From contig CAWBQK010000006.1 of assembly GCA_963791045.1 (NCBI GenBank), forward strand, positions 288,001-352,000: 64,000 nucleotides of DNA, in the 5' to 3' direction. Below the pieces are notes generated by a model. It searched no databases. It saw only the letters and a program-made list of their open reading frames with translations, and had not been told where the DNA came from. The stretch comes from Candidatus Latescibacterota bacterium (GTDB lineage: Bacteria > Krumholzibacteriota > Krumholzibacteriia > WVZY01). Position 1 is the stretch's first letter; every line of letters starts with the position of its first letter. The position numbers and the translations under genes were made by a program. Below, one piece after another: positions 20,225-29,677 of this stretch.

Positions 20225-21907
20225 ATGAGATTGGTCGAATGCGTACCGAATTTTAGCGAAGGTCAAAATCAGACTATTATAGACGCCATTGCGGCGGCGA
20301 TCAGTGATTCGGACGGCGCGCACCTGCTCGATGTCGATCCGGGGAAAGACACGAACAGAACCGTTGTGACATTTGTCGCTGATTATGACGAGGTTGTCCA
20401 GGCTGCTTTCAACGCGATCCAAACAGCGTCACGTCTTATCGACATGAGTAAGCACACGGGGGCGCACGCACGAATGGGCGCCACGGATGTTTGTCCCTTC
20501 GTTCCAGTGAGCGGCGTCACAATGGAAGACTGCGTCACTCTGGCCAATGAACTGGGACGACGGGTCGGTGAAGAACTGGGAATACCTGTTTATCTCTACG
20601 AACACGCGGCCAAAACCGAGGAGCGGAGAAACCTCGCCACGGTCAGGTCCGGCGAGTATGAAGGGCTTGCCGACAAGCTGGCCGATCCCCATTGGAAACC
20701 GGATTACGGCCCCGCCGAGTTCAACCCGAGGACCGGGGCCACGGCTATCAGCGCGCGCGAATTCCTGATTGCTTACAACGTCAACCTGAATACGCGCGAT
20801 CCAAAGCTTGCCAACGATATCGCGCTTTCGATCCGCGAGGCGGGCCGCAACAAGCGCGACGAAAATGGAAAATTTGTGCGCGACGAAAATGGAGTTCCGA
20901 TCAAGGCGCCCGGCACGCTCAAGGCCTGCAAGGCGGTGGGATGGTACATCGAGGAGTATAAACAGGCCCAGATATCGATAAACCTCGTGAACTACAATAT
21001 TACGTCGCCGCACGCGGCTTTTGACGAAGCCAAACGTCAGGCGGAAGAGCGCGGGATGCGTGTGACGGGGAGCGAACTCGTAGGGCTCCTTCCGCTCGAC
21101 GCGATGCTGCAGGCGGGGGAACACTACTTGAAACTTCAGGGCCGATCGACGGGGGTACCGGAGAAGGATCTCATCCGGACTGCGATCCAGTCGCTGGGTC
21201 TCGAGGACATAACCCCGTTTGATCCCCAGCAAAAAATTATCGAGTACCGGGTCGCCGGCGAGACGGTGCTTGCTGACAGCACCATCCGCGATTTCCTCGA
21301 CGAGACGTCGATCGACTCTCCGGTCCCGGGTGGAGGCAGCGTCGCGGCGCTCATGGGTTCGCTCGCCTGTGCGCTCGGAGCCATGGTGGCAAACCTCACC
21401 GTGGGCAAAAAAGGGTACAAGGATGTCAGCGAGGAAATGAAATCCGTAGCCGCCGCCGCGCAGAAGCTCAAAGACAAGTTTCTCAAGGCCGTGGACGATG
21501 ATTCCAATGCTTTCGACAATGTGATGGCGGCGTTCAAGCTCCCCAAAAGTAGCGAGGCGGAGGGCCGTCACCGCGACGAGATGATAGAGGCGGCGACCCG
21601 GGGAGCCGTGGACGTGCCGATGTCGGTTCTCAAGTGGTGCGACGAGTCGCTTGACCTGATAGAAGCGGTTGCCAAAAAGGGGAACGAGAACTCGTTGAGT
21701 GACGCCGGAGTGGCCGCCCTGGCCGTCAGGGCGGGTGCGGCGGGTGCGGCGCTGAACGTTCTGATCAACCTGCCGGGCTTGTCGGACGCGGCTTATGTCA
21801 AGACGGCCAGAAAAGAGGCGTCGGAACTGTGCGATCGGGTTACGGAGCGCAGCAACGCCATTTATCAGCATGTGCTCGATCATCTTGAGAAGAGCTTCGA
21901 AGGGTAG
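20225..21907 (+). CDS. ftcD: Bifunctional glutamate formiminotransferase / formiminotetrahydrofolate cyclodeaminase
   Basis: LVECVPNFSEG, NRTVVT, HARMGATDVCPF, GSELVGL, then the cyclodeaminase domain PVPGGGSVAA...SDAGVAA. Confidence 0.95.
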   Translation: MRLVECVPNFSEGQNQTIIDAIAAAISDSDGAHLLDVDPGKDTNRTVVTFVADYDEVVQAAFNAIQTASRLIDMSKHTGAHARMGATDVCPFVPVSGVTMEDCVTLANELGRRVGEELGIPVYLYEHAAKTEERRNLATVRSGEYEGLADKLADPHWKPDYGPAEFNPRTGATAISAREFLIAYNVNLNTRDPKLANDIALSIREAGRNKRDENGKFVRDENGVPIKAPGTLKACKAVGWYIEEYKQAQISINLVNYNITSPHAAFDEAKRQAEERGMRVTGSELVGLLPLDAMLQAGEHYLKLQGRSTGVPEKDLIRTAIQSLGLEDITPFDPQQKIIEYRVAGETVLADSTIRDFLDETSIDSPVPGGGSVAALMGSLACALGAMVANLTVGKKGYKDVSEEMKSVAAAAQKLKDKFLKAVDDDSNAFDNVMAAFKLPKSSEAEGRHRDEMIEAATRGAVDVPMSVLKWCDESLDLIEAVAKKGNENSLSDAGVAALAVRAGAAGAALNVLINLPGLSDAAYVKTARKEASELCDRVTERSNAIYQHVLDHLEKSFEG

Positions 21908-22030
21908 GGGGGCGGCCCCGTCTTTGTGAACCAGGGGGCGCATAGGTAGTTGCATCGGTGTCCGAATTGCTGTATTTTTACCCGGAACATCGAGCACATG
22001 TCAATCAACCAACAAAAAAAAGGAGGAAGC

Positions 22031-22303
22031 ATGAGCGGTGATAACTTCAGGGGAATCCTCGAATCCTGGGTTGGAAGCCAGGTAACCGTTGTTAACCCAG
22101 AAAGCTTCAAATCGACAGCACTCGGACAGGGACTGTCTTTTCAATCATACGCAGCCCAGGTCGTCGTTGTTGGCGACGATTACGTCAAGCTGTCTTTCGC
22201 GGCGGTCAAGAAGGATGCTCAGACCGATGTGGAGCAGATCATTCCCGTCTATCTGATCAAGAGGGTTTCTATCTGGGGTGAGGAAAAACTCATTCACCTG
22301 TAG
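22031..22303 (+). CDS. Small hypothetical protein, possibly Sm/LSm-like beta fold
   Basis: AGGAGG RBS, 90 aa; helix followed by beta strands (WVGSQVTV...VGDDYVKL...IIPVYLIKRV). Confidence 0.65.
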   Translation: MSGDNFRGILESWVGSQVTVVNPESFKSTALGQGLSFQSYAAQVVVVGDDYVKLSFAAVKKDAQTDVEQIIPVYLIKRVSIWGEEKLIHL

Positions 22304-22883
22304 ACGCCTGGATTGAACACTCGATACCGGGCCACTTCGCACGGGGTGGTTCCGGTTTGAGCTGTTCAAGCGCCTTTTCGAAATAAGCGATGTAGTTTCT
22401 TAAGCCCGTTTTTCTCATATCGACCGCACGCCTTGCGATGGAATGGACCAGCATGGCGCACTCCGGTCGGATCCCCCCACCAGTAGTGTGATATTCCACG
22501 GGCAGCCGGACATAGTATGGCGGAGAGTCGATCAATGTCCAGTGTCTGGCCAGCGCAAAGACGTCACAACTTCTTTCTCCCGCGGGAACCCCGTGGGCGC
22601 CCTGAAGAAGATGGACGAATTCGTGCGTAAGCGAGTGGTACGATGTCTGCGCCGGGTTGATCCACAGTTCGTCGCCGCCCGGCACCGCCATCCCGGCGGC
22701 GGCGCGTGTCAGCCCAACCTTCAATGTCTTTCCATCCAGTTCGGGAAAAAACCGTCTTACATAGTGGAGTTTTCGGATGAGACCGTTGAGGTAGCGATGC
22801 CTCAACAGCGGACGCGTAAATACGAATCCGCTTTCGTTCTCGTCAAAAGAGAGGGAGAGTTGACTGGATGGTTTTTTTGCCAC
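22290..22883 (-). CDS. Hypothetical protein with an HExxH zincin-like motif
   Basis: LTHEFVHLLQ...GERSCD; GTG start 4 nt after the aminopeptidase stop. Confidence 0.65.
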   Translation of the reverse strand: MAKKPSSQLSLSFDENESGFVFTRPLLRHRYLNGLIRKLHYVRRFFPELDGKTLKVGLTRAAAGMAVPGGDELWINPAQTSYHSLTHEFVHLLQGAHGVPAGERSCDVFALARHWTLIDSPPYYVRLPVEYHTTGGGIRPECAMLVHSIARRAVDMRKTGLRNYIAYFEKALEQLKPEPPRAKWPGIECSIQASTGE

Positions 22884-22887
22884 GGCA

Positions 22888-23850
22888 CTAAATCGTGAGC
22901 TTGCCGTTCTTCATTATCGTCTTGCCATCCAGCGTGATCGTGGGTTTGAACACGATCGTATCGATATGAAGCGTACTGGGATTCTTGCCGCCAGGATAAC
23001 TCGTGTTATCCCCGAAGGCGACGTGACACGTGCCGTAGACCTTTTCATCTTCGAGAATAAGCCCGGTTACCTTCGCGCTCTTATTGGTGCCGATTGCGAA
23101 CTCGGCGACAAAAGACGCGCCGTCATGGCCGTCCCTCTTCGACGCGTTTTCGACGAGCCGTTTGAACCGCCGCCCCGATGGATTCCCATCGTACTTGACG
23201 ATGTGGCCGTTTTTAAGTTCGAGTACGGTGGGTTCGGTGATCCATTCGCCGCATCGGTCGACGACAAGTATGCCTTTTGCCGTTTTTGGCGCCAGTTCGG
23301 TCTCGCCGGTCGGAAGGTTCGTGCACATTCCTTTTTTCTGGAGGTTGCCGTCGCTGACGACCGCCCTATTCCGGATATCGAGAACCAGTTCGGTGCCCGA
23401 TTTCGATGTCACGTGCGCGACTTTGGCTTTGTCGAGATAGCCATGGACCTTTTTGGTCAGTTTCTGAATCTCCTCGTAATCCGCGCTAAGCCCGCGGACA
23501 AAAAAGTCTTCCGAAATACCGGGCATCGTCGCCATGCGGGCCCCGGCTCTGCAGGCGCGTTTTCTTGCCGCGGTATGTGTAATGCTCATGATCGTCGGGG
23601 CGACGATAACGTCGGATTTGGCCATGGCATCCGCCACGAGGGGGGGCGGTTCCTCGCCGTTCATTTCGCCGGTCGGGTAATATACAAGGGCGGCCTGGGC
23701 GCCGAGCTTGACCCCTTCGTTGTACAGGGCTTCGCCGATCCGCTGATTCTCGGGGTTGGTCACGATGAGAAGTTTTTCGTTATGTTGGACCGCAAGACAC
23801 TGCGTAAGCGCCGTTCGAGCCGCGCGGGCCATCTTTTTATCGGTGATCAT
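22888..23850 (-). CDS. Aminopeptidase (M29 / thermophilic metalloprotease family)
   Basis: EEPP..VA.AM, SITHT.ARK, NLPTGE, AEFAIGTN, LEDEKVYGTCHVAFGDN, LHID. Confidence 0.9.
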   Translation of the reverse strand: MITDKKMARAARTALTQCLAVQHNEKLLIVTNPENQRIGEALYNEGVKLGAQAALVYYPTGEMNGEEPPPLVADAMAKSDVIVAPTIMSITHTAARKRACRAGARMATMPGISEDFFVRGLSADYEEIQKLTKKVHGYLDKAKVAHVTSKSGTELVLDIRNRAVVSDGNLQKKGMCTNLPTGETELAPKTAKGILVVDRCGEWITEPTVLELKNGHIVKYDGNPSGRRFKRLVENASKRDGHDGASFVAEFAIGTNKSAKVTGLILEDEKVYGTCHVAFGDNTSYPGGKNPSTLHIDTIVFKPTITLDGKTIMKNGKLTI

Positions 23851-24076
23851 CCCGCTCTCCTTTTTTTGGGTTTATAAAAGTCGCCGGGCGAGGGCGCGAG
23901 AACAAAATCGGCCGGTAGGAATAAACTCTTGTATGCAAAGCGAATAGTGGCATTTCCAGGTGGATTCCATTTTTTTACAGGTGTATTACTACCAGAGTTA
24001 CATTAGCGTAAGTCCGCGTCAACTGGTTTTTTGCGCCGTTTATCCCCAGACACGACGCGACTGGCACGGGTCCGTC

Positions 24077-24210
24077 CGGTGCGGCCTTTCGAAAGGCCCT
24101 TTCGCGGGAGCGAGCGAGGCCGAAGGTCCGGCTCATCCGGAACCACTGTCGGCGTAGCCGACAGTTAGCCGAGCGAAGCGGAGCGAGGGCCGGAGAATGA
24201 TCGCACCGTC
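24077..24210 (-). repeat. Structured dispersed repeat, copy 2 (inverted relative to 8843..8955)
   Basis: Reverse complement matches copy 1; contains the perfect palindrome GGCCTTTCGAAAGGCC and the hairpin ACTGTCGGC-GTA-GCCGACAGT. Confidence 0.9.
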
Positions 24211-24322
24211 GCCAGAAGGCAGCTGTTCCGAACCGAAATATATCGTTGAAGGCGAAGTATTCTGTTGCGGAAACGCCGCGGGAACGTTAATATCTTCACA
24301 ATCTACTTGTGCATAGTTTGAT

Positions 24323-24354
24323 CCTTTTAATCTGGTCCGGGAGGCCAGGAAAGG
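24323..24354 (+). promoter_or_regulatory. PyrR-binding RNA stem-loop (anti-antiterminator)
   Basis: CCUUUUAA-UCUG-GUCCGGGAGGC-CAGG-AAAGG resembles the PyrR site pattern (CUUUAA...RUCCnGnGAGGY...AAAGG) and lies directly upstream of pyrR. Confidence 0.8.
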
Positions 24355-24374
24355 GCAGAGGAGATGGTTGAACT

Positions 24375-24411
24375 TCACCCCCGACATTAGACGCGGCGGG
24401 TGATTTTTTTT
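24375..24411 (+). terminator. Attenuator terminator of the pyr leader
   Basis: TCACCCCCG...CGGCGGGTGA stem followed by a T8 run, between the PyrR site and the pyrR RBS. Confidence 0.75.
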
Positions 24412-24465
24412 GCCCTCATCGACCTTCCGTATTTTGATCAGATCTCCCAAACCGGAGGAACCACA

Positions 24466-25023
24466 TTGGGATTCAAGGCAAAAGCCACAATCATGGACGA
24501 GGACCAGATACGCCGTGCGATCAAACGGATTTCACATGAAATCGTCGAGCGCAACCGGGGTATCGAAGAGGTTGTTGTCGTCGGGATTCGCAGGCGAGGA
24601 GTGTTTCTCGCGCAACGGATAGCCGAATATCTTCAGAAAATCGAGGGCGCCGAAGTTCCCTTTGGCGCGCTGGACATCACGCTCTACCGGGATGATTTCC
24701 AGGTCACTCGCAATATCCAGACGAGACCGGTGGTTGGCACTACCGAGATCAAGACTCAGATTACCGAAAAAGTAATCGTCCTCGTCGATGACGTGCTTTT
24801 TACGGGGAGGACCATCCGGGCGGCGCTCGATGAACTTATCGATTTCGGCCGGCCAAAACAGATACAGCTCGCTGTTCTCGTTGATCGGGGACACAGGGAG
24901 TTTCCAATTAAAGCGGACTATGTCGGTCGCAATGTTCCGACTTCTGAAAACCAACTCGTCGAGGTCCGGCTTGCTGAACTCGACGGAGTGGACGAAGTCC
25001 TTCTTGGGGAGATGGCAGAATGA
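24466..25023 (+). CDS. pyrR: Bifunctional pyrimidine regulatory protein PyrR / uracil PRTase
   Basis: [63 protein letters not shown] and TTG start. Confidence 0.95.
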   Translation: MGFKAKATIMDEDQIRRAIKRISHEIVERNRGIEEVVVVGIRRRGVFLAQRIAEYLQKIEGAEVPFGALDITLYRDDFQVTRNIQTRPVVGTTEIKTQITEKVIVLVDDVLFTGRTIRAALDELIDFGRPKQIQLAVLVDRGHREFPIKADYVGRNVPTSENQLVEVRLAELDGVDEVLLGEMAE

Positions 25024-26006
25024 GTCGACTTTTCCAGAAAGACCTGCTGGGTCTAGAGGGGGTTACCACCGAAGAACTCGGATTGATTCTCGATACGGCC
25101 GCTTCTTTCAAGGAGATATCGGAGAGACCTGTGAAGAAGGTTCCGGCGCTCCGCGGCAAGACGATCGTCAATCTGTTCTTCGAGGCGAGCACGAGGACAC
25201 GCGCGAGTTTTGAGCTTGCGGAAAAGCGTTTGAGCGCCGACACCGTGAACATCTCAAAATCGGGCAGCAGTGTCGCCAAAGGTGAGACGCTGCGCGACAC
25301 CGCCGAAAATCTTGAGGCGATGAAAATTGATTTGATCGTCATCCGCCACGGTGCTTCCGGCGCGCCGCACCTGCTCGCATCGCTGCTCGACGCGTCGGTC
25401 GTAAACGCCGGCGATGGAACTCATGAACATCCCACACAGGGACTTCTCGACATTTTCACCCTGCGTGAAAAATGGGGAAGCCTCGAAGGGAAAAACATCA
25501 CCATCATCGGTGATATCACTCACAGCCGGGTGGCCCGGTCGAATATTTTCGGCCTGGTGACGCTTGGGGCGAATGTGACGGTATGTGGACCGCCGACAAT
25601 GATCCCGCCGCAGATCGAAGAACTTGGCGTTACCGTGCAGACGAATCTCGAGAAGGCGATAGTAGACGCCGACGCGGTGAACGTCCTTCGAATCCAGCTA
25701 GAACGGCAAAACGTCAGCCTCTTCCCGAGTTCCGCCGAGTACGCGTCGGTGTACGGGATAAACCGCAAACGACTCTCAATGATGAGGCCGGAATGCATCA
25801 TTATGCACCCGGGCCCGATGAACCGCGGTGTCGAAATTAGCCAGAATGTCGCCGACGGCGACCGCGCGGTGATTCTCGAACAAGTTACCAACGGTGTCGC
25901 GGTCCGAATGGCCGTTCTTTACCTGCTCTGCGAAGGGGCGCAGAAGGGGAAAGCATTTTCCGAAGTCAAAGTCGAAGAGGCGAAAGCGGACTCGACGGCG
26001 GTGTGA
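25020..26006 (+). CDS. pyrB: Aspartate carbamoyltransferase catalytic subunit
   Basis: [49 protein letters not shown]. Confidence 0.97.
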   Translation: MSRLFQKDLLGLEGVTTEELGLILDTAASFKEISERPVKKVPALRGKTIVNLFFEASTRTRASFELAEKRLSADTVNISKSGSSVAKGETLRDTAENLEAMKIDLIVIRHGASGAPHLLASLLDASVVNAGDGTHEHPTQGLLDIFTLREKWGSLEGKNITIIGDITHSRVARSNIFGLVTLGANVTVCGPPTMIPPQIEELGVTVQTNLEKAIVDADAVNVLRIQLERQNVSLFPSSAEYASVYGINRKRLSMMRPECIIMHPGPMNRGVEISQNVADGDRAVILEQVTNGVAVRMAVLYLLCEGAQKGKAFSEVKVEEAKADSTAV

Positions 26007-26025
26007 CTCACTTCAAGGGGGATCG

Positions 26026-27354
26026 ATGCAAGATCTATCAAAATGGCAGGGTGAAACAGAATATGTCGTAGCGAATGTCACCGTCGTAGATCCCGAGCGG
26101 GGCAGTGTCCAGTCCGGTCACGTCGGCGTGCGAGACGGTAAGATCGTGTTCGTGGGAGGCGGCGATCCCGAGGTGACGACGATGCCCGTGTTCGACGGCG
26201 GCGGATTGCACCTGGCCCCGGGTTTTGTCGATATTCACGTGCATCTTCGCGAACCGGGGTTCGAATACAAAGAGACCATCCTCACCGGTGCGATGGCGGC
26301 GGCCGCGGGCGGGTTTACGTCGGTGGCGTGTATGCCAAACACAAACCCCGCGATCGACGAGAAAAGTGTCGTCGAATTTATTATACGCAAAGCAAAGATA
26401 GCCGGATTTGCGAAAGTATATCCCGTCGCCGCGGCGACGGTGGGGCGAAAAGGCGAGACGCTTTGCGAATACAGCGAACTGGTCGAAGCGGGCGCCGTTG
26501 CGGTGAGCGACGATGGCTCGCCGGTGTCCTCGGCTCAGATGGCGCGGCGCGTTCTCGAGTACTCGTCGAAATACGACATTCCTTTCATGGAGCACTGCGA
26601 AGACAAATCGGCGAGCGCTGGCGGAGTAATGCACGAGGGGTACTATTCCACAAAACTTGGGCTCCGCGGCGACCCCGCTTATAGCGAAGAGATTTGTCTG
26701 GCGCGCGACCTGTTGATCTTGAAGACGATTCCAGCAAAATACCACGCGCAACATCTTTCCTCGGGCGGATCGATAGAGCTCGTCCGCGACGCAAAAAAAC
26801 GGGGACTTCCGGTGACCGCTGAAACGGCGCCTCATTACCTCTGTCTTGAGGACAAGGATCTCGAAACGTACAATACGTCGCTCAAGATCAACCCGCCGAT
26901 TCGGGCCGCATCGGACCGGGAAGCCCTGATTGAAGGACTCAAGGATGGCACGATAGACTGTATCGCGTCGGATCATGCGCCGCATGCCGCCCATGAAAAA
27001 CAGGTGGAATTCGACGTGGCGCCTCCCGGCGGTATTGGCCTCGAGACCACTTTTTCGGTTATAATGACCCATCTCGTGAAGCCGGGCCACCTGGGTCTGG
27101 CCGACGCGCTTGCGCTTATAACACACCGGCCGGCGAGGATCATCGGTATCCCAGCCGGAACTCTCGACACGGACGCGCCGGCGGATTTAACGTTGTTCGA
27201 TCCAGACGAGGAATGGACTGTCGAGGCGGGCTGCTTTCACTCGAAATCCAAAAATTCGCCGTACATCGGACACAAGATGGTCGGCAAGGTCAAACACACG
27301 ATTGTTGACGGGCGGGTTGTCACCTCGTTGCTTCAGAAAGACGAAGCGGTCTGA
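26026..27354 (+). CDS. pyrC: Dihydroorotase (class I)
   Basis: PGFVDIHVHLREPG, MPNT, SDDG, HCED, KINPP, SDHAPH, SKSKNSP. Confidence 0.95.
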   Translation: MQDLSKWQGETEYVVANVTVVDPERGSVQSGHVGVRDGKIVFVGGGDPEVTTMPVFDGGGLHLAPGFVDIHVHLREPGFEYKETILTGAMAAAAGGFTSVACMPNTNPAIDEKSVVEFIIRKAKIAGFAKVYPVAAATVGRKGETLCEYSELVEAGAVAVSDDGSPVSSAQMARRVLEYSSKYDIPFMEHCEDKSASAGGVMHEGYYSTKLGLRGDPAYSEEICLARDLLILKTIPAKYHAQHLSSGGSIELVRDAKKRGLPVTAETAPHYLCLEDKDLETYNTSLKINPPIRAASDREALIEGLKDGTIDCIASDHAPHAAHEKQVEFDVAPPGGIGLETTFSVIMTHLVKPGHLGLADALALITHRPARIIGIPAGTLDTDAPADLTLFDPDEEWTVEAGCFHSKSKNSPYIGHKMVGKVKHTIVDGRVVTSLLQKDEAV

Positions 27355-27390
27355 TCTCGTTTGTGCGTGATCGAAGATACGGAAATTGTC

Positions 27391-28827
27391 ATGAAGACTA
27401 ATCGTCATACACTTTTGGTTTATGGCCTGGCCGGCGTCCTTGTGCTCGCCGTCGTGATCGGCGGAATGGGGTGCGCGTACTACAATACGTTCTACAACGC
27501 CAAGCGGCTTTACGGGGAAGCCCAGGAGACGCCCAGGGCAAAAGATGGGACGGTGAGCCGGGCGGTCCAGGACAAGTATGACGAGGTGATCAAGAAATGC
27601 GAACAACTGCTGGAAACCTACCCGAATAGCAAACATGTAGATGATGCGATTCTTCTGATCGGCAAATGTTTGTATGAAGTGGAGGAATACGACGACGCCC
27701 TGGTCAGGTTTGCCGAACTAGATGAAAACTTTCCCGACAGCAAGCTGAATAATGAAGCCAAGCTCTTCGTGGCGAAATGTTACATCGCCAAAGGAGATGA
27801 TGACCTCGCCGTTCCCGTTCTTGAAGCGGCGGTTGGAGACAAACCCAAAAAGGCCTCCGATGAGATGCTGTATCTCTTGGGAACCTCTCTTTTGAGGGCG
27901 GACAGGGATGATGATGCGGTGCAGTACTTCGAGATACTCGCCGACAAATATCCCAACAGTCCCTACCGCGTCGACGCGGACCTCGAGGCGTCGAACGTGT
28001 ACTCCGAACGCGGCGAGTATGACAAAAGCCTCGTGATATACGAGAAGTTGAGAAAGGTCAGATTAAAGGAGCCCGAACACATCCGTTTTCTCTCGAGCCT
28101 GGCGGAACTGTACGTCAACATGGGCCAGTACGAAAACGCCCTCGTCGTGTTCGAGGAATTGGAGGGCTTTGTTATCGATCCGACGGTCAAAGCGGGGAAC
28201 TCGCTGATTCTCGGGAGGGCGCAGGCGGGAATGGATTCGGTCGCGACCGCGATCGGCACGTATACGATGATTACGACGAGCTATCCGCGGTCAAAGTTCA
28301 GCGCGGAGGCGTATTTTCGCCTGGGAGAACTGTACCAGGATAGCCTCGACAGTCTCCAGGTTGCGCAGCAGAAATTCGACAATGTTCCCCGGCAGTACGC
28401 GAGTTCCGAGTTCGCCGATGAGGCGGTGTCGCGGAGCGTGAGTATCTCGAAACTCCTCAGGCTGCGCGCGTCGATGGAGTCCGGCGAGGGCGAGAACAAT
28501 GCCGCGGTTCAGTTCGATCTTGCCGAGATACAATTGTTTCAGCTCAAGGATTACAACAAAGCGCTCGAAGGTTACACCAAGGTGCTGAACGATTTCCCCG
28601 ATGACGAACTCGCTCCGAAAGCGGCCTACGCCATAGCGTTTATATACGAAACTTATCTGAAGGATGAGATAAAGGCCCAGGAGGCGTACGAGGTCTTGTT
28701 GATCCGGTATCCGGACTCGCAGCAGGCCGGTTTTGCAAGGTCGGCGCTGGCTCAGATACGAGGCGAGGTTCAATTTGATCCTCAAAGCGAGGAACAACAA
28801 GAGATTCAAAGTCAGGAACCAGAATGA
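27391..28827 (+). CDS. Tetratricopeptide-repeat lipoprotein
   Basis: Signal peptide with lipobox GMG|C, then AYYNTFYNAK; many TPR units with YP.S motifs. Confidence 0.85.
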   Translation: MKTNRHTLLVYGLAGVLVLAVVIGGMGCAYYNTFYNAKRLYGEAQETPRAKDGTVSRAVQDKYDEVIKKCEQLLETYPNSKHVDDAILLIGKCLYEVEEYDDALVRFAELDENFPDSKLNNEAKLFVAKCYIAKGDDDLAVPVLEAAVGDKPKKASDEMLYLLGTSLLRADRDDDAVQYFEILADKYPNSPYRVDADLEASNVYSERGEYDKSLVIYEKLRKVRLKEPEHIRFLSSLAELYVNMGQYENALVVFEELEGFVIDPTVKAGNSLILGRAQAGMDSVATAIGTYTMITTSYPRSKFSAEAYFRLGELYQDSLDSLQVAQQKFDNVPRQYASSEFADEAVSRSVSISKLLRLRASMESGEGENNAAVQFDLAEIQLFQLKDYNKALEGYTKVLNDFPDDELAPKAAYAIAFIYETYLKDEIKAQEAYEVLLIRYPDSQQAGFARSALAQIRGEVQFDPQSEEQQEIQSQEPE

Positions 28828-29666
28828 GCGACCACCCCATAACGAACCGGGTCCTCCCCCATCGTTATACTTCTTCGATAATAGACAAAAAAGAATTGAG
28901 CGCGCGGTATTACCTCGTGGTTCTTGATCGGCCGCGGGGTTTTCCTGATCCGGGCGCGGGAACATTCATTCATTTGCTGCTCCCCAACCCGCGCGAAGAC
29001 GGCGCGGCGGGCAGGTTTTTTCTCAGACGGCCGTTCAGTATCCTGGACTGTGACGGCAGGACGTTGTCGCTTCTCATTGTCGAGAAGGGGGCGGGTACAC
29101 ACCTTCTTCGCCAGATCCCTTGCGGAACAAAACTCGATTTTATCGGTCCATTGGGGAGCGTGTTTCCCGAACTACCCGGGCGGAAGGTGCTTGCCGTCGG
29201 CGGAGGTGTCGGTCTGGCGCCGTTGTATTTCTATGGAGCGGCGTGGACGACGGCGGTGTGCGATGAGTATCGGTTGATTTACGGTGCGCGGACACGGAAC
29301 GATCTTTTTCTCGATGCGTTTGACTGGCGTGTCGATGGGGTGAAATTTTCGACGGATGACGGAAGTTTCGGAATGAAGGGCGACGTTGCCCAGCTGGCCG
29401 CGGAAGAGATCGAGGGCTCGAAGTATGACGCGATTTTCTCATGCGGACCGACTCCGATGCTGAAGTCAGTGGACGAGGTTGCCCGTTCGAACGGGATCAC
29501 TCATTATGTGTCTTTGGAAAACAGAATGGCGTGTGGTGTTGGGGCGTGCCGGTCCTGCGTCGTGTTATGGAAGGGCGGAGGGCTGGAAGAATACAAGACT
29601 GTGTGTCATGACGGGCCCGTGTTCAACGCGGATGACCTCGTCTGGGATAAACTCCCGGAAATTTGA
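28824..29666 (+). CDS. pyrK: Dihydroorotate dehydrogenase electron-transfer subunit
   Basis: LRRPFSI, GPLG, GGGVGLAP, TDDGS, CGP.PML, MACGVGACRSC...VCHDGPVF [2Fe-2S] motif. Confidence 0.93.
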   Translation: MSDHPITNRVLPHRYTSSIIDKKELSARYYLVVLDRPRGFPDPGAGTFIHLLLPNPREDGAAGRFFLRRPFSILDCDGRTLSLLIVEKGAGTHLLRQIPCGTKLDFIGPLGSVFPELPGRKVLAVGGGVGLAPLYFYGAAWTTAVCDEYRLIYGARTRNDLFLDAFDWRVDGVKFSTDDGSFGMKGDVAQLAAEEIEGSKYDAIFSCGPTPMLKSVDEVARSNGITHYVSLENRMACGVGACRSCVVLWKGGGLEEYKTVCHDGPVFNADDLVWDKLPEI

Positions 29667-29677
29667 GGGTAAAGAAA

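Noticed and set aside
20429-21997. 522-aa minus-strand ORF (and similar ones at 14337..15467, 26038..27126, 30577..31791, 47586..48707)
   Set aside because: They lie antisense to well-supported genes and show no recognisable domains.
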